Positions 10,261 through 22,722 of a stretch of DNA of 64,000 nucleotides are shown here, piece after piece. The first letter of the stretch is position 1. Every line of letters begins with the position of its first letter. The stretch comes from Pristiophorus japonicus (lineage: Eukaryota), in contig NC_091989.1 in assembly GCF_044704955.1 (NCBI RefSeq), positions 35,898,001 through 35,962,000 of the forward strand, read 5' to 3'. A program made the position numbers and the translations under genes. A model generated the notes under the pieces. That model was not told the DNA's origin, did not search any database, and was given only the letters and a program-made list of their open reading frames with translations.

Positions 10261-13110
10261 TGTAAAGTCCTGTCCCCTCAGTACAGATTCACACGAGGCA
10301 TGTAGTGAAGTCAAGGTCACTCTGGACCTGCACCTTTTATTTCACAGCTCTGGAATGCTGCACTTGTCTGAGACCTGTCCTTATATACCTGTCTCTTGCA
10401 AGTGCACCCCCGGTGGTAAGGTATGCTGGTGGTTACAGGTCAAATCGTATTACAGTCATGTATAGCATGTTGGGATACAGTTATATATAATAATGTAAGA
10501 TACATGACATCACCCTCCCCCAAGGTCTTATTGTCTTTATAGGTTTAGTCTCTCAGGTGGTCTACGTTCTCGCGTGGAGCGTCTGAGTTGTGGTTCAGTT
10601 GTTTGCCTTGGTGTCTGTTTTTCTTTGGGTGTGGTTGCTGGTATCTCGCCTGGGCTGTCTGTTTCGATTGGTGTGATTGTTGTTGACATGTATCTTACAT
10701 TATTATATATAACTGTATCCCAACATGCTATACATGACAGTAAAAAGATATGACCTGTAACCACCAGCATACCTTACCACCGGGGGTGCACTTGCAAGAG
10801 ACAGGTATATAAGCACAGGTCTCAGGCAAGTGCAGCATTCCAGAGCTGTGAAATAAAGGTGCAGGTCCAGAGTGACCTTGACTTCACTACATGCCTCATG
10901 TGAATCTGTACTGAGAGGACAGGACTTTACAGTGGCGACGGGTTAAGGGATTGCAGAATCCACAGAATGGCGAACAACGGATCAGATGTAAAGTACAATG
11001 CGGGAGATAATTGGGAGGACTTTATAGAAAGGCTCCAGCAAAGCTTTGTAACCAAAGACTGGCTGGGCGACGATACGGCAGACAAGCGAAGAGCCCATCT
11101 CTTGACCAGCTGTGGCTCGAAAACATACGCTTTAATGAAGGATCTGTTGGCACCCGAGAAACCAGCAAGCAAGTCGTTTGAAGAATTGAGCACACTGGTA
11201 AGAGACCACCTGAAGCCAGTGAGCAGCCTACACATGGCCAGACACAGGTTCTACAACTACAGACGCTGTGTAGGCCAGAGCATACCCGACTTCGTGGCGG
11301 AACTTCGGAGGTTGGCTAATTTATGTGAGTTCTCCGATGAACTGAGGAGAGAAATGCTGAGAGACTTTTTCATTGAAGGAATAGGCCACACAGGCATATT
11401 CCGAAAGCTCATAGAGACCAAGAACCTGACCTTAGAGGCAGCAGCACTGGTTGCACAGACATTCTTGGTAGGGGAAGAAGAAACGAGGTTGATTTACAAT
11501 GCAGGTACGACAACTAACGAAATAATGGAACAAGGAGTTCACAGCATTAGAACAGCTGCTACCCCCACACACAGACAAAACTGGCAGAACAGGCTTTCGA
11601 CAGCAAGCAGTAGCAACAGAAGCCATCAAGGGCCACAGGAACGGCCGTTCACACCTCATCAACCCACAATGCGAGCAATCAACTACAAACTGAGAGAAGC
11701 TCAAGAGAGATCAGCCAGACGCAGCTCATTCTTGCAAGCAGTCTGTGCTGGAGGTGTGGGGGTGGGCACTCATCAAGGGAATGTCGATTTCAGCAGGCTG
11801 TTTGCAGGAACTGTGAATATACAGGGCATTGGGCCCGCATGTGCAAAAAAATGGCAGCTCGGCTGGTATACGAATCGGATGGGTCGGAAACCAGACCAGA
11901 AGACGGTGGGGACAGTACCCGGGACACCGATGTACAGCGGGTCAACACGATCAATGGCCGCTGCTCCTACAACAGGACGCCTCCTATAATGATGAGGGTC
12001 CTACTCAACGGGATATCTGTCAACATGGAGCTGGATACAGGAGCGAGTCAATCTCTCATGGGCGCTCAACAATTTGAACAACTGTGGCCGCATAAAAGAG
12101 ACAGACCAAAACTCACAAGGGTCGACACCAAACTAAGGACCTATACCAAAGAAATCATACCAGTTCTCGGCAGCGCCATGCTCTCTGTCACACACAAAGG
12201 GACAGTGAACCGACTTCCCCTGTGGATTGTCCCCGGAGACCCCCAGCACTGCTGGGGAGAAGCTGGCTGGCAAAACTAAACTGGAAATGGGATGATGTCC
12301 ATGCCATGTCATTAGAGGAACGGACCTCCTGCTCAACAGTTATAAAGCGATTTGAACATCTCTTTCAGCCAGGTGTGGGCACTTTCAAAGGGGCCAAAGT
12401 CAAAATCTACATCACACACGATGCTATACCGGTCCATCACAAGGCCAGAGCTGTACCCTATGTGATGAGGGAAAACATTGAACACGAACTAGACAGGCTT
12501 CTGCAGGAAGGCATTATATCACCTGTGGAATTTAGCGACTGGGCAAGTCCCATCTTCCCAGTCATGAAGCCTGATGGATCCGTACGAATCTGTGGGGACT
12601 ACAAATCTACCATAAACAGAGTCTCCCTACAGGACCAGTACCCGCTTCCCAGAGCGGAGGACTTATTTGCTACATTGGCTGGAGGTAAACTTTTCTCAAA
12701 ATTAGACCTCACATCTGCGTATATGTTGCAAGAATTGACCGAGGAATCCAAGCTACTCACCACCATCAACACACATTGAGACCTTTTCATGTACAATCGA
12801 TGCCCATTCGGCATCAGGTCATCAGGTCGGCAGCTGCCATATTCCAGTGCAACATGGAGAGTCTGCTCAAGTCCATCCCGGGGACGGTTGTATTTCAAGA
12901 CGACATACTTATCTCGGGCAGGGACACCGACTCCCATCTCCGTAATTTGGAGGAAGTACTAAAGCGGTTGGATCGGGTAGGCCTACGAGTCAAGAACTCC
13001 AAGTGCAACCCCGGTGGTAAGGTATGCTGGTGGTTACAGGTCATATCTTATTACAGTCATGTATAGCATGTTGGGATACAGTTATATATAATAATGTAAG
13101 ATACATGACA
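10261..13110. mobile_element. Rearranged Ty3/Gypsy LTR retrotransposon with three LTR copies
   Basis: Minus-strand full LTR 10261-10509, then PPT and pol end (RRSTRERRPPERLNL); plus-strand LTR 10684-10931 with PBS gtggcgacg and gag-PR-RT; minus-strand partial LTR 13000-13110. Flanks aatac / aacac are a 5-bp TSD with one mismatch. Confidence 0.9.
10967..13006 (+). pseudogene. Gypsy gag-pol (gag, CCHC knuckle, protease, partial RT), frameshifted and truncated
   Basis: Gag (WEDFIERLQQSF...LRDFFIEGI), protease LDTGAS, RT motifs VRICGDYK, KLDLTSAY and FQDDIL. The frame ends at KNSKC where LTR sequence takes over. Confidence 0.9.
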
Positions 13111-13305
13111 AACACCAACGCAAAACTGCTGGAAAACTAGAGGAGCATTCTGCCGCCAATGTTTATAGAGGAGAGTTCCTGCTTTGGTGCACCTGATTAA
13201 TCAGAGACCAGTGCCCTGTACTTGATTGAAATGAACTGGCAAGCACCATAGCAACTGGTGTCATCACTGCAAATAATTGTGTACGTGCTGTGGTTGCCGA
13301 ATATG

Positions 13306-16300
13306 AAGGGCTTTGCACTTCACATCCAGATTTATATCCAGAATAGTATTTGTAGTAATCGAGATGATGTAACCGATTGTTCAACCACACTTGTGCTAAG
13401 AGCTGGCCAGCCCTTTCAGAATTCTTTCTAGTCGTGGTTCTCTGGTTTCAACTGAAGTGTTCATGTGGTAGGACCATGGGAGAAGTGTGCAAGCCATCGC
13501 TTCACAGCATTGTATGCCAAGTGTCCTGATGAATGGCAGACAACAACAACAATATCTCCACGTTGTCCCTTCTGAAAGGCACAGCTGCACAAGCTAGCTC
13601 TTTGGAAAGCATAGATTGTCATTTGGGCTGCCATTGACAGTGATGCTAACAGTTAGCCTCATTTTTCCACGAAGAATATAGATATAACCTTTTCAAGGAT
13701 CCTTTTATCTTCAAAGCATTAAAGTCATATGAATACCAGTGAGCAGGGTAGGAATCATGGCAAAATGCATTTGGGTTTATAATCTCTGGATCCTAAAACA
13801 TTAGTGTCATGTATGTATGCTTGGGGTTACTAGCCACCAGGTGGCACCACTATTGGAGGTCATTGGGCTGTATGCATGTGTGTGCGGCCCAGGTATAAAA
13901 GGCAAGCCATCATGTAATGTAATCACTTTGGGCCATAATAAAGCAGAGCCAGGTTTGTACCTGTGTTAGTTTACAGTATTCGGTCTATCGAGTTATTACA
14001 TACATAACATTTGCCGACGAGGTAACTTAAGAACCTTTGCATGCAAAAATGAGCACAATTGGAATTCTGGAGAGATTCATGGAGGGAGAGGACTGGGCAG
14101 ATTTTGTAGCTCGCCTGGACCAGTACTTCATGGCCAACAAAATGGAGGAACCCACTGACGCAGTTAGGCACAGGGTGGTCTTCCTCACGGTTTGCGGTCC
14201 GAAGATCTATGGACTCATAAAGAATCTTCTCTCGCCTGCAAGTCCAACGGACAAGGACTATGAGGAATTGTGTGCTCTGGTATGTGACCATCTCAAACCA
14301 GAAGAAGGCATCATCATCTCATGATATCGATTCTACAAACACGTTCGTTCTGAGGGCCAGGATGTGTCGGAATTCGTTGCCGACCTAAAACGTCTAGCTG
14401 GACCGTGTAAGTTCGAAAACGCGTTGGGAGACATGCTGCAGGACTTTTTTGTAATCGGCATCAACCACGAGGTGATCCTGCGTAAGCTACTGGCGGCGGG
14501 GACGCTGGATTTGAGCAAGGCCATCACGATTGCCCAGACATGCATGGCGATGGACAAAACCTTAAAGCAGGTATCATCGAAAAATCGGAACTCGGCAAGT
14601 ACTGTAAACAAGATTGTATCGTCGTTTGGCAGAGTTGCATATGGCAGGGCCTACACGACTGCGGATGCAAAACCTGTGGCTGCCCAAAGTCCACCGACAG
14701 GAATGAATCCGATTTCATCGTGGGCATTGTGGGGGCAATCATCGGCCTCATCAGTGTAGATTTAAACAGTACATTTGTAAAGGCTGTTCGAGACTGGGGC
14801 ATCTCCAGCGCATGTGTCCGCAACTGAGCAACCGTGCAGCGACACACCACATGGAGGATGATGACCAGTATAGCGCAGATCCGGATAAGCGATCCGAGAT
14901 ACCAGAGGAGGAAGTGTATGGACTGTATTCGTTTCTAACAAAGAGCCAACCGATAATGATTAATGTGGAACTTAACGGTGTGCCGGCACCGATGAAATTG
15001 GACACGGGTGCGAGTCAATCAATAATGAGCCAGAGGATATGCGACTATGGCTGTAAGGCCTAACCTGAGTCCAGTCAATGCCAAGTTGCATATGTACACT
15101 AAAGAACTCATAACGGTGATTGGCAGTGAAGTAGTCAAGGTGTCGTATGATGGTGCGGTTCATGATTTACCATTATGGATTGTTCCAGACAATGGTCCAA
15201 CGCTGTTCGGCAGGAATTGGCTCGAAAAAATCAAATAGAATTGGAACGATATCAAAGCGTTGTCATCGGAGGATGATACTCCATGTGCTCAAATGCTGAG
15301 CAAGTTCCCCTCGCTGCTTGAACCAGGCATCGGCAATTTCACGGGAGCCAAGGTGCAGATCCACGTGGACTCGGATGCAAGACCCATCCATCATAAAGCT
15401 TGGGCGGTTCCGTACATGATGAGGGAGAAGGTCAAAATTGAACTGGACAGACTCCAGCATGAAGGGGTCATATCACCGGTCGAATTTAACAAATGGGCCA
15501 GCCCCATTGTTTCTGTGTTGAAGAGGATTTTTGGAGACTACAAGATTACGATCAACCGAGTTTTGAAACAGGATCAATACCCATTACCGAAGGCTGATGA
15601 CCTGTTTGCAATGCTAGCCGGGGAGAAGTCGTTCATTAAACTGGATCTGACATCGGCCTACTTGACACAGGAGCTGGTCGAGATGTCGAAGAAACTTACG
15701 TGCATCAACACTCATAAAGGACTGTTTATCTACAACAGGTGTCCTTTCGGAAGTCGCTCGGCTGTAGCCATATTTCAGAGGAACATGGAGAGTCTACTGA
15801 AGTCCATCTCTAGAACCGTCGTGTTCCAAGATAACATACTGGTCACAGGTCCTGACATCGCTGAACATCTGAACAATCTGAAAGAGGTTCTACATCGCCT
15901 GGACAAAGTGGGACTCAGACTGAAACATTCGAAGTGAGTCTTCATGGCACTGGAAGTAGAATTCCTGGGGAGGAAAATTGCTGCTGATGGCATCAGGCCT
16001 ACGGACTCGAAAACCAAAGCCATCAAAAATGCACCCAAGCCTCAGAATGTGACGGAGCTGTGTTCGTTCCTTGGTCTACTCAACTACATCGGTAATTTCC
16101 TACCTAGATTGAGTACTTCGTTAGAGCCACTGCACATGCTGCTAAGAAAAGGCAACAACTGGTTTAGGGTGCATCTCAAGATAGAGCTTTTGAGAAAGCT
16201 ACTAATCTGCTTTGCTCTAACAAGCTGCTGGTACATTATGATCCATGTAAGCGTCGAGTATTGGTCTGTGATGCTTCGACATATTGAGTTGTTTGAGTGC

Positions 16301-18625
16301 TCCAACAAGCTAATGAGTCGGGTAAACTACAACCTGTTGCATATGCTTCTAAAAGTTTGTCAAAAGCGTAAAGAGCCTACAGCATGGTAGAAAAAGAAGC
16401 ATTAGCCTGTGTGTGTGGGGTTAAAAAGATGCATCAGTACCTGTTTGATCTTCGGTTTGAACTGGAAACAGATCACAAGCCACTCATTTCATTGTTTTCA
16501 GAAAACAAAGGTATAAATAGCAATAGTTCCTCATCCAGAGGTGGGCGCTGACATTATCTGCCTATGATTATGTCATTCGCCATAGACCTGGCACCGAGAA
16601 TTGTGCCAATGCACTGAGCCATCTGCCGTTGCCCACACCGGAGGTGGAGATGCCACAACCTGCAGACGTACTGTTAGTTATGGATGCTTTTGAAAGTGAA
16701 GGAACCCCTGTCATGGCTCAACAAGTTAAGACCTGGACCAGCCAGGGCCCAATATTATTGGTTGTGAAACGTTGTGTCCTTAGTGGTGATTGGTCTGCCA
16801 TAGCCAAGCAAATGGGTGATGAGACCAAACCTTACAACCGTCGCAAAGACGAACTATCCATTCAGTCAGATTGTTTACTGTGGGGTAATCGTGTTGTTAT
16901 GCCTAAGAAAGGCAGAGAGAAATTTGTACATGATCTACATAGCACTCATCCCGGTATTGTCATGATGAAAGCCATTGCCAGGTCTCATGTATGGTGGCCT
17001 GGAATTGATTCTGATCTGGAATCATGTGTGCATCAGTGCAACACTTGCATGCAGCTAAGTAAAGCACCAGTGGAATCGTCGCTGAGTCTGTGGTCGTGGC
17101 CATCTAAACCATGGTCCAGGATCTACATCGACTTTGCAGGTCCCTTCCTGGGAAAGATGTTTTTAGTTGTGGTGGATGCATATTCCAAATGGATAGAGTG
17201 TATAATCATGTCATCCAGTACATCCACAGCTACCATTGAGAGCCTTCGTGTCATGTTTGCCACTCATGGTCTACCCGAAAGCGTTGGAAGCGACAACAGA
17301 TCTTGCTTCACTAGTCTGGAGTTTCAAAAGTTCATAAAACTCAATGGTATCAAACATGTGAGGTCAGCACCATTCAAACTTCATCTACTAGTCAAGCAGA
17401 GCGTGCTGTCCAAACCATCAAGCAGAGTATGAAACGTGTAACTCAAGGTTCACTGCAGACTCGCTTATCATACATATTGCTTAGTTACAGGACAAGACCC
17501 CACACGCTTGCCGGGGTCCCCCCTGCTGAACTATTGATGGAAAGGTCTCAAGACCAAGCTCTCTCTTGTCCACCCTGACTTGAACAATCATGCTAAATAC
17601 AGACGTCAAAAGTCAGCAGTGGTATCATGATTGCGCTGCTGTGTCACGCGACGTTTCTGTTAACGATCCTGTGTATGTACTAAATTATGGTCAAGGTCCC
17701 AAGTGGATCGCCAGTACTATTATGGCCAAGGAGGGTAACAGAGTGTTTCAAGCTCAAGAATAGGCAAACATGCAGGAAACATGCTGATCAGATAAAGCTG
17801 CGGCACACGGATGAACTGGAACAGTCTGAGGAAGACACAATCAGTGACCAACCAACCTACCCTCAGTCATCAGAGGACTCTGCTGTCATCAATGAATCTG
17901 GACTTTCAATCCCTGACATGGTCATTGCCACTCCCATCAGATCGGCTGCCCAGCCCCCAGTCATACCAGACTCAGAACACTCGCCCAAGGCTGGAGTTGA
18001 ACTGAGACGATCAACTCGTGAGCGGAAAGCCCCGGACCGACTCAATTTGTAAAAAGACTGTTACTAATATCTTAAAGGGGGATATCGTCATGTATGTATG
18101 CTTGGAATTACTAGCCACCAGGTGGCGCCGCTGTCGGAGGTCATTGGCTGTACGCAGAGCCAGGTTTGTACCTGTGTTAGTTTACAGTATTCAGTCTATC
18201 GAGTTATTAAATACATAACAACTAGTAACTCCTAATTGTTCAGTTGCAATACAAATATTTTCCTGGCTACAGGCAATAATCTCAATGCTATATTCTACCT
18301 TCAAAGATACGCAGAGATGTAACGGTGATAATCAATTTTACGATGGACAAAGAGCACCATTTTCTATCATTGGGATGTCAAATTTGATACAATAAAGTCG
18401 TCATTTAGCACTTTGCAAATCAGCCGAAACTCAGAAATGTAGTAAGCAATGAGGCAAATAGTAATAAACTTCAGGAGGACATAGACAGGCTGGTGAAATG
18501 GGCAGGTACATAACAGATGAAACTTAACACAGAGAAGTGTGAAATGATACATTTTGAAAGGAAGAATGAGGAGTGCCAATATGAACTAAATGGTACAATC
18601 CATATATTTGAAGGTGGCAGTACAA
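13306..18625. repeat. Left arm of ~0.9-kb inverted duplication (13306-13804 plus 18221-18625), split by a Gypsy element
   Basis: Reverse complement aligns to 43470-46453 apart from later insertions. 13391-13495 equals revcomp 44486-44590 and 13583-13663 equals revcomp 44002-44082 exactly. Confidence 0.9.
13805..18220 (+). mobile_element. Full-length decayed Ty3/Gypsy LTR retrotransposon
   Basis: 5' LTR 13805-14009, PBS-like ttgccgacgag, gag/PR/RT/RNaseH/integrase in Gypsy order (HHCC HSTHPG...CNTC, IDFAGPF, SDN), PPT aaaggggga, 3' LTR 18086-18220 and TSD attag/actag. Many stops and frameshifts. Confidence 0.95.
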
Positions 18626-19257
18626 GTATTCACAATTTCCTCTAAGTGCCCATTAAACACAGAAATCCTGCAGTTGCTGCCAGTAAATCCCTGCTCCTGC
18701 AGATGGAAATCTTACAAATCACGTGAACATCTATTTTTTACACTCTAATCTCGCTGTAAAAAACCCCGGAAAGTTAAGCTTTGTTAAATGAGGTGCAATC
18801 AAGTTTTTAACAATGTACTAAGTTATAATTGCTGCTGAACAACCTCTCTATCCCTGAAAAACAAATTTATATTCGTGGAATGTCACATTTTTCCATTATG
18901 GAGATTTTTTAGATAATAAAATTTTTTAGAGTTTGTTTATGATATTTCGGCTTCTTTATTTCGCTCTGTAAAATGGTTAAAAAGTGAAAGATAATCAATG
19001 CTTTTTACTTCCTAGTTTACTGTCTGTGAGAATTCTTCAATGTGATTGGCTGCATAGCCTGCTTGATGACATCACTGTTGCTGGATGCTGGAGATCCCAT
19101 TTCGGTGACGCCAGAATGAAATTAACATCGCTTAATCTTTGTATGCAGCTTTCTTTGAGGTCAGCTGACTGCAAAATCCAAGCCTATATGCCTTTAAAGC
19201 ATTTCCCCACTTCATGCTAGAGGTCCCTATCAGGCCTGAATAGCATATTTTCACTTA

Positions 19258-19450
19258 AAACATAAGAGCATAAGAAATAGGAGCAGGAGTGGGCCATTAC
19301 GCCCCTTGAGCCTGCTCCACCATTCAATACGATCATGATTGATCTGATCTTGGCCTCAACTCCACTTCTCTGCCTGCTCACCATAACTCTTAACTCCCTT
19401 ATCACTCAAAAATCTGTTTACCTCCACTTTAAATATATTCAATGACCCAC
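19258..19450 (-). mobile_element. CR1 3' tail
   Basis: cataagagcataagaaataggagcaggagt is the reverse of a CR1 microsatellite-like tail and 3' UTR. Confidence 0.75.
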
Positions 19451-19534
19451 TTCATTATAATTTTCTCGTCATACTAGTCATATAAAAGTATTCGCCATTT
19501 CCTCTAATTGGGCAGTGTGATGAAAAATTTATAA

Positions 19535-19710
19535 CAATTTGCAACAATGCTAGGCTTTCTTATCTTATCAGTTTACCTGAGCATCTAACAGGAACTGGGT
19601 AGTTTCAATTTTGTTGAACGTAACACAAAATCTTGGCTTTGTAATAATGCTTTGAGTTCATAGGAATAGAACTTCTGCTGAGGTTTCCTGACCCCCTGGG
19701 AGATCACTGC
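19535..19710 (+). repeat. Local direct duplication, copy 1 (copy 2 at ~21312-21475)
   Basis: Shared text ggctttcttatc...ttacctgagcatc...acaggaactgg...tttgtaataatgcttt...taggaatagaacttctg...tttcctgacc...ctgggagatca. Confidence 0.8.
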
Positions 19711-19744
19711 AAAAAATATTCAAGGTGATTTGATTGCAAACATA

Positions 19745-20090
19745 AAAAGACTTGCATTTAAATAGTGCTTTTCCTGACCTCAGGATGTGCCAAGGTACTT
19801 TATAGCCAATAAAGTCACTGTTGTATTGTAGGAAATGCATTCAGACTATGGATAATGACCAGATATTCTGTTTTTGATGGTGTTGGTTGAGGACATCGGG
19901 GATAACTCCCCTGCTCTTCTTCAAACTAGTGCCATGGGATCTTTTACATCCACCTGAGCGGGCAGACATGGCCTCGATTTAACGTCTCATCCGAAAGACG
20001 GCACCTCCGACAGTGCAGCACTCCCTCAGCACTACAAACGAGTGTCAGCTTAGATTCTGAGCTCAAGTCTCTGGAGTAGGTCTTGAGCTG
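19745..20090 (-). mobile_element. DeuSINE (SacSINE1-like)
   Basis: Reverse of the Deu domain (gtgccatgggatcttttacatccacctgag...tttaacgtctcatccgaaagacggcacctccgacagtgcagcactccctcag) with tail gacttgcatttaaatag. Confidence 0.85.
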
Positions 20091-20134
20091 ACACCTAAAC
20101 CTGATGAACATGCTCATGTCAAGTGCTTATTTGA

Positions 20135-20567
20135 AGACCGGAATGTTCCAGAATCTGTACACCGGGCCGATCCGTGGCGGGGTCGTCCGGAAACCGGAAA
20201 ATTTTCCCAAATCCGGACTCTCCCGCCTCGGCCCGACCTCCCCTGGCCTCGGCCCGACCTCCCCCAGCCTCGGATCACCCCTGACCTCGGCCCGACCTTG
20301 GCCTGACCTCGGCCCAACCAACATCCACGACCTCCGGTAGCCCGACCGACCTCACCCAGCCTCGGCCCGACCGACTCCCCCGACCACCGGCGGCCTAACA
20401 CCACCGCCCCCCCCCCCCCCACCACCAACACCCGGCCCGACCGACCCCCAGAGCCCCCCCCACCTACCTTCCTCGGCCCAGGCAAAGACGTTCCGAAATC
20501 CGGAAATACCCGGAATCCGGAAAGGCCTCAGTCCCGAGGTTTCCAGATTTCGGATGTCACACCTGTA
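20135..20567. mobile_element. GC-rich MITE-like insertion with degenerate ctcggcccgacc tandem repeats
   Basis: Repeated ccgga motifs at both ends, about 8 ctcggcccgacc units and an acacctgta terminus (Tc1/pogo-like end). The left end is unclear. Confidence 0.5.
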
Positions 20568-21311
20568 TAACAAGTAATAATCCTAAACACTGCAAAAGTA
20601 AACAACTCTATTTATAGATATAGGAATAAGACGATCAGTGATCAAAATTTTCACTTCCCTTCCATGAATATCAGATCGGTCAGACAATTTCTTATCTAAA
20701 TGAAATATCCAGAAACATTTCTCAACATCAATATTTGTGGTCTGTAGAATTAGAGATCGGGAGGGATGCTTTGTATCCATGGTAATCTTGTTGCTCCTTA
20801 ATATTGTTCACTGCCATTTTTGAACATAAACTGAACTTTAGAAATGAATCATGAAGTAACGACTTCAAAGAGCAGCAACATCAAAGGTTAGCTATTTCCA
20901 CTTTAAACAGCTGCCCTGTTCTTTTGGTGTAACATGAAAAGTCTTTCGTTTAAGAAATGGCTCAAAGCCAACATGAGGAGTTTAACTACTTCACCACTGT
21001 ACAACTTCGCACACCATTTCAGTTCATCTGAAAAAACAACCATGTGCCACTTTTTGTGAACCAAACATCTCTGGAGAGTTACAAAACACCGCTGCAAAAC
21101 ACAGCAGAGGCCATTTTGACACTGTGCGATAGTGCAAAACGGGTGGTAGTGACTCGGCAGCCCATTGTACATCTCGCCCAATTTTTATTTCCATTGGAGT
21201 CAAAAGAATTCTAATTCTAATTGGGGCCAGTCCCCTTCAACATGTTTGAGGATATGCTTTTAACAAAATACACCTCTATCTTCCACATAACAACTATCCT
21301 GTGACTTGAAT

Positions 21312-21475
21312 AACAATAAGAAATGTTGTTGGGCTTTCTTATCTTACCTGAGCATCTTAACAGGAACTGGATAGTTCAATTTTGTTTTACCTAACACAAT
21401 ATTTTGTAATAATGCTTTGGGTTAATAGGAATAGAACTTCTGTTGGAGTTTCCTGACCTCCTGGGAGATCAGTGG
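21312..21475 (+). repeat. Local direct duplication, copy 2
   Basis: See 19535-19710. This copy carries a minus-strand CAG|GTAAGA donor-like site at 21347. Confidence 0.8.
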
Positions 21476-22604
21476 AAGCCCTGGAGAAATGGCGTACGCA
21501 GTCAGTTACATAGTTTCTGCAGGGTTTCCACTGATTTTCCACCCAAGTAATAGCAGGATATCTGGAGTTTTAGAAATTCTATCTGTAGTGTTTGAGCACT
21601 TAATGAATTCACCCCATAATCTACTCTCTCTTATTTTAATAGAGGAGTTTACCCCACAGCATAATTTCAAAGTCCTTGCTCAATGCTGTGACTAGATGTT
21701 GGCTGAGTGGACCAAAATTACCCAGCTTAGTTCTGAAAATATGACCAAGGCTTATTTCTGTGGATTACACTGGTGGCCCCTGAACCATAGTGCATCACTA
21801 TTCTTTGCAGAAGTTCTGACAGAAATACAGTACCTCAACTGGGATGAGTAGCTAATCTCAGTCAGATTTTTGTCTTGACCCAATTCAAACTGGTCAGAAA
21901 TCAGTTAATTATTTTTCTTGCTATATTTGCAAATTAACTTACCCTTTGTTAAGGCATAATTATAGAGCTTACTAGATAATTTACTGTATACATTGTTGGC
22001 ATGGACCTTAAAAGTGCATAGTATGAATGTATTTTCTGAATGCAAAATGATCCCCTTTCTACAGTATCAACATAGGGCTGGCTGTCGTACAATTTGCCAC
22101 TTGTGCATAAAGCACTTGAAATCCTGATTCAGGTTCAAGGGCTACAAGAAATAACACAAAGGTTTATGTAACTCAGTTATGGATAATGTTATCAATGTCA
22201 ACTATTCATTTCTCAGCCATTTGATTAAAAATATCTTTCAATAGAACCGATTCAAACAACTATGGTGCTGGAAAGAAGTTGGAGAGCACATAAATCCCAT
22301 TTATTTGTAGGGAATACAAATATCAATCTGTATGTGCAAATCTGTATTATTGAAGAATGGCCTAGTGTATATCACTGCACTTAAATTCATTAAATCACTA
22401 ATAAATACTGAATTATATAATAAGTAAGCACAGTATTGTGTCTTAAAAATCAATAATTTAATGAGTCACTTGTTCCCACATATTTTTCCAGTGGACTAAG
22501 TGTTGTCTTACTTGCTTCATTCTATTATTTTAACCAAAAGGTTGATTGTCACAGGGATACTTCCAGTTGGAAAGGAGCACTTTAATCAGGGTGTCACTAC
22601 TCAC

Positions 22605-22722
22605 CAAGCAGCAGAAGCTTCACCACCAGAGCTGTTTTTTGCCCTTCCTGCTGCAGTAGTCTGTCGATAGCTTTTGATTTTCTGCTGGCTTCTGACCTTC
22701 TGCTACTGCAGCCGCTGCCCAT
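22605..22722 (-). CDS. G-alpha alternative first coding exon 1A, divergent Gi/Go-like N-terminus
   Basis: Strong Kozak ccagccATGG at 22722; translates MGSGCSSRRSEASRKSKAIDRLLQQEGQKTALVVKLLLL-G. It is exactly 118 nt with a phase-1 donor G|gtgagt, an MGxxxS motif and no disablement. Confidence 0.9.

Noticed and set aside
13396-13590. Shared ORF (IRTLGIQCC...RLERILKGLASS, also at 44346..44585) as a duplicated small gene
   Set aside because: No recognisable domain, different N-termini, no synonymous-biased divergence, and the second copy is interrupted by insertions. Kept only as a nucleotide-level duplication.
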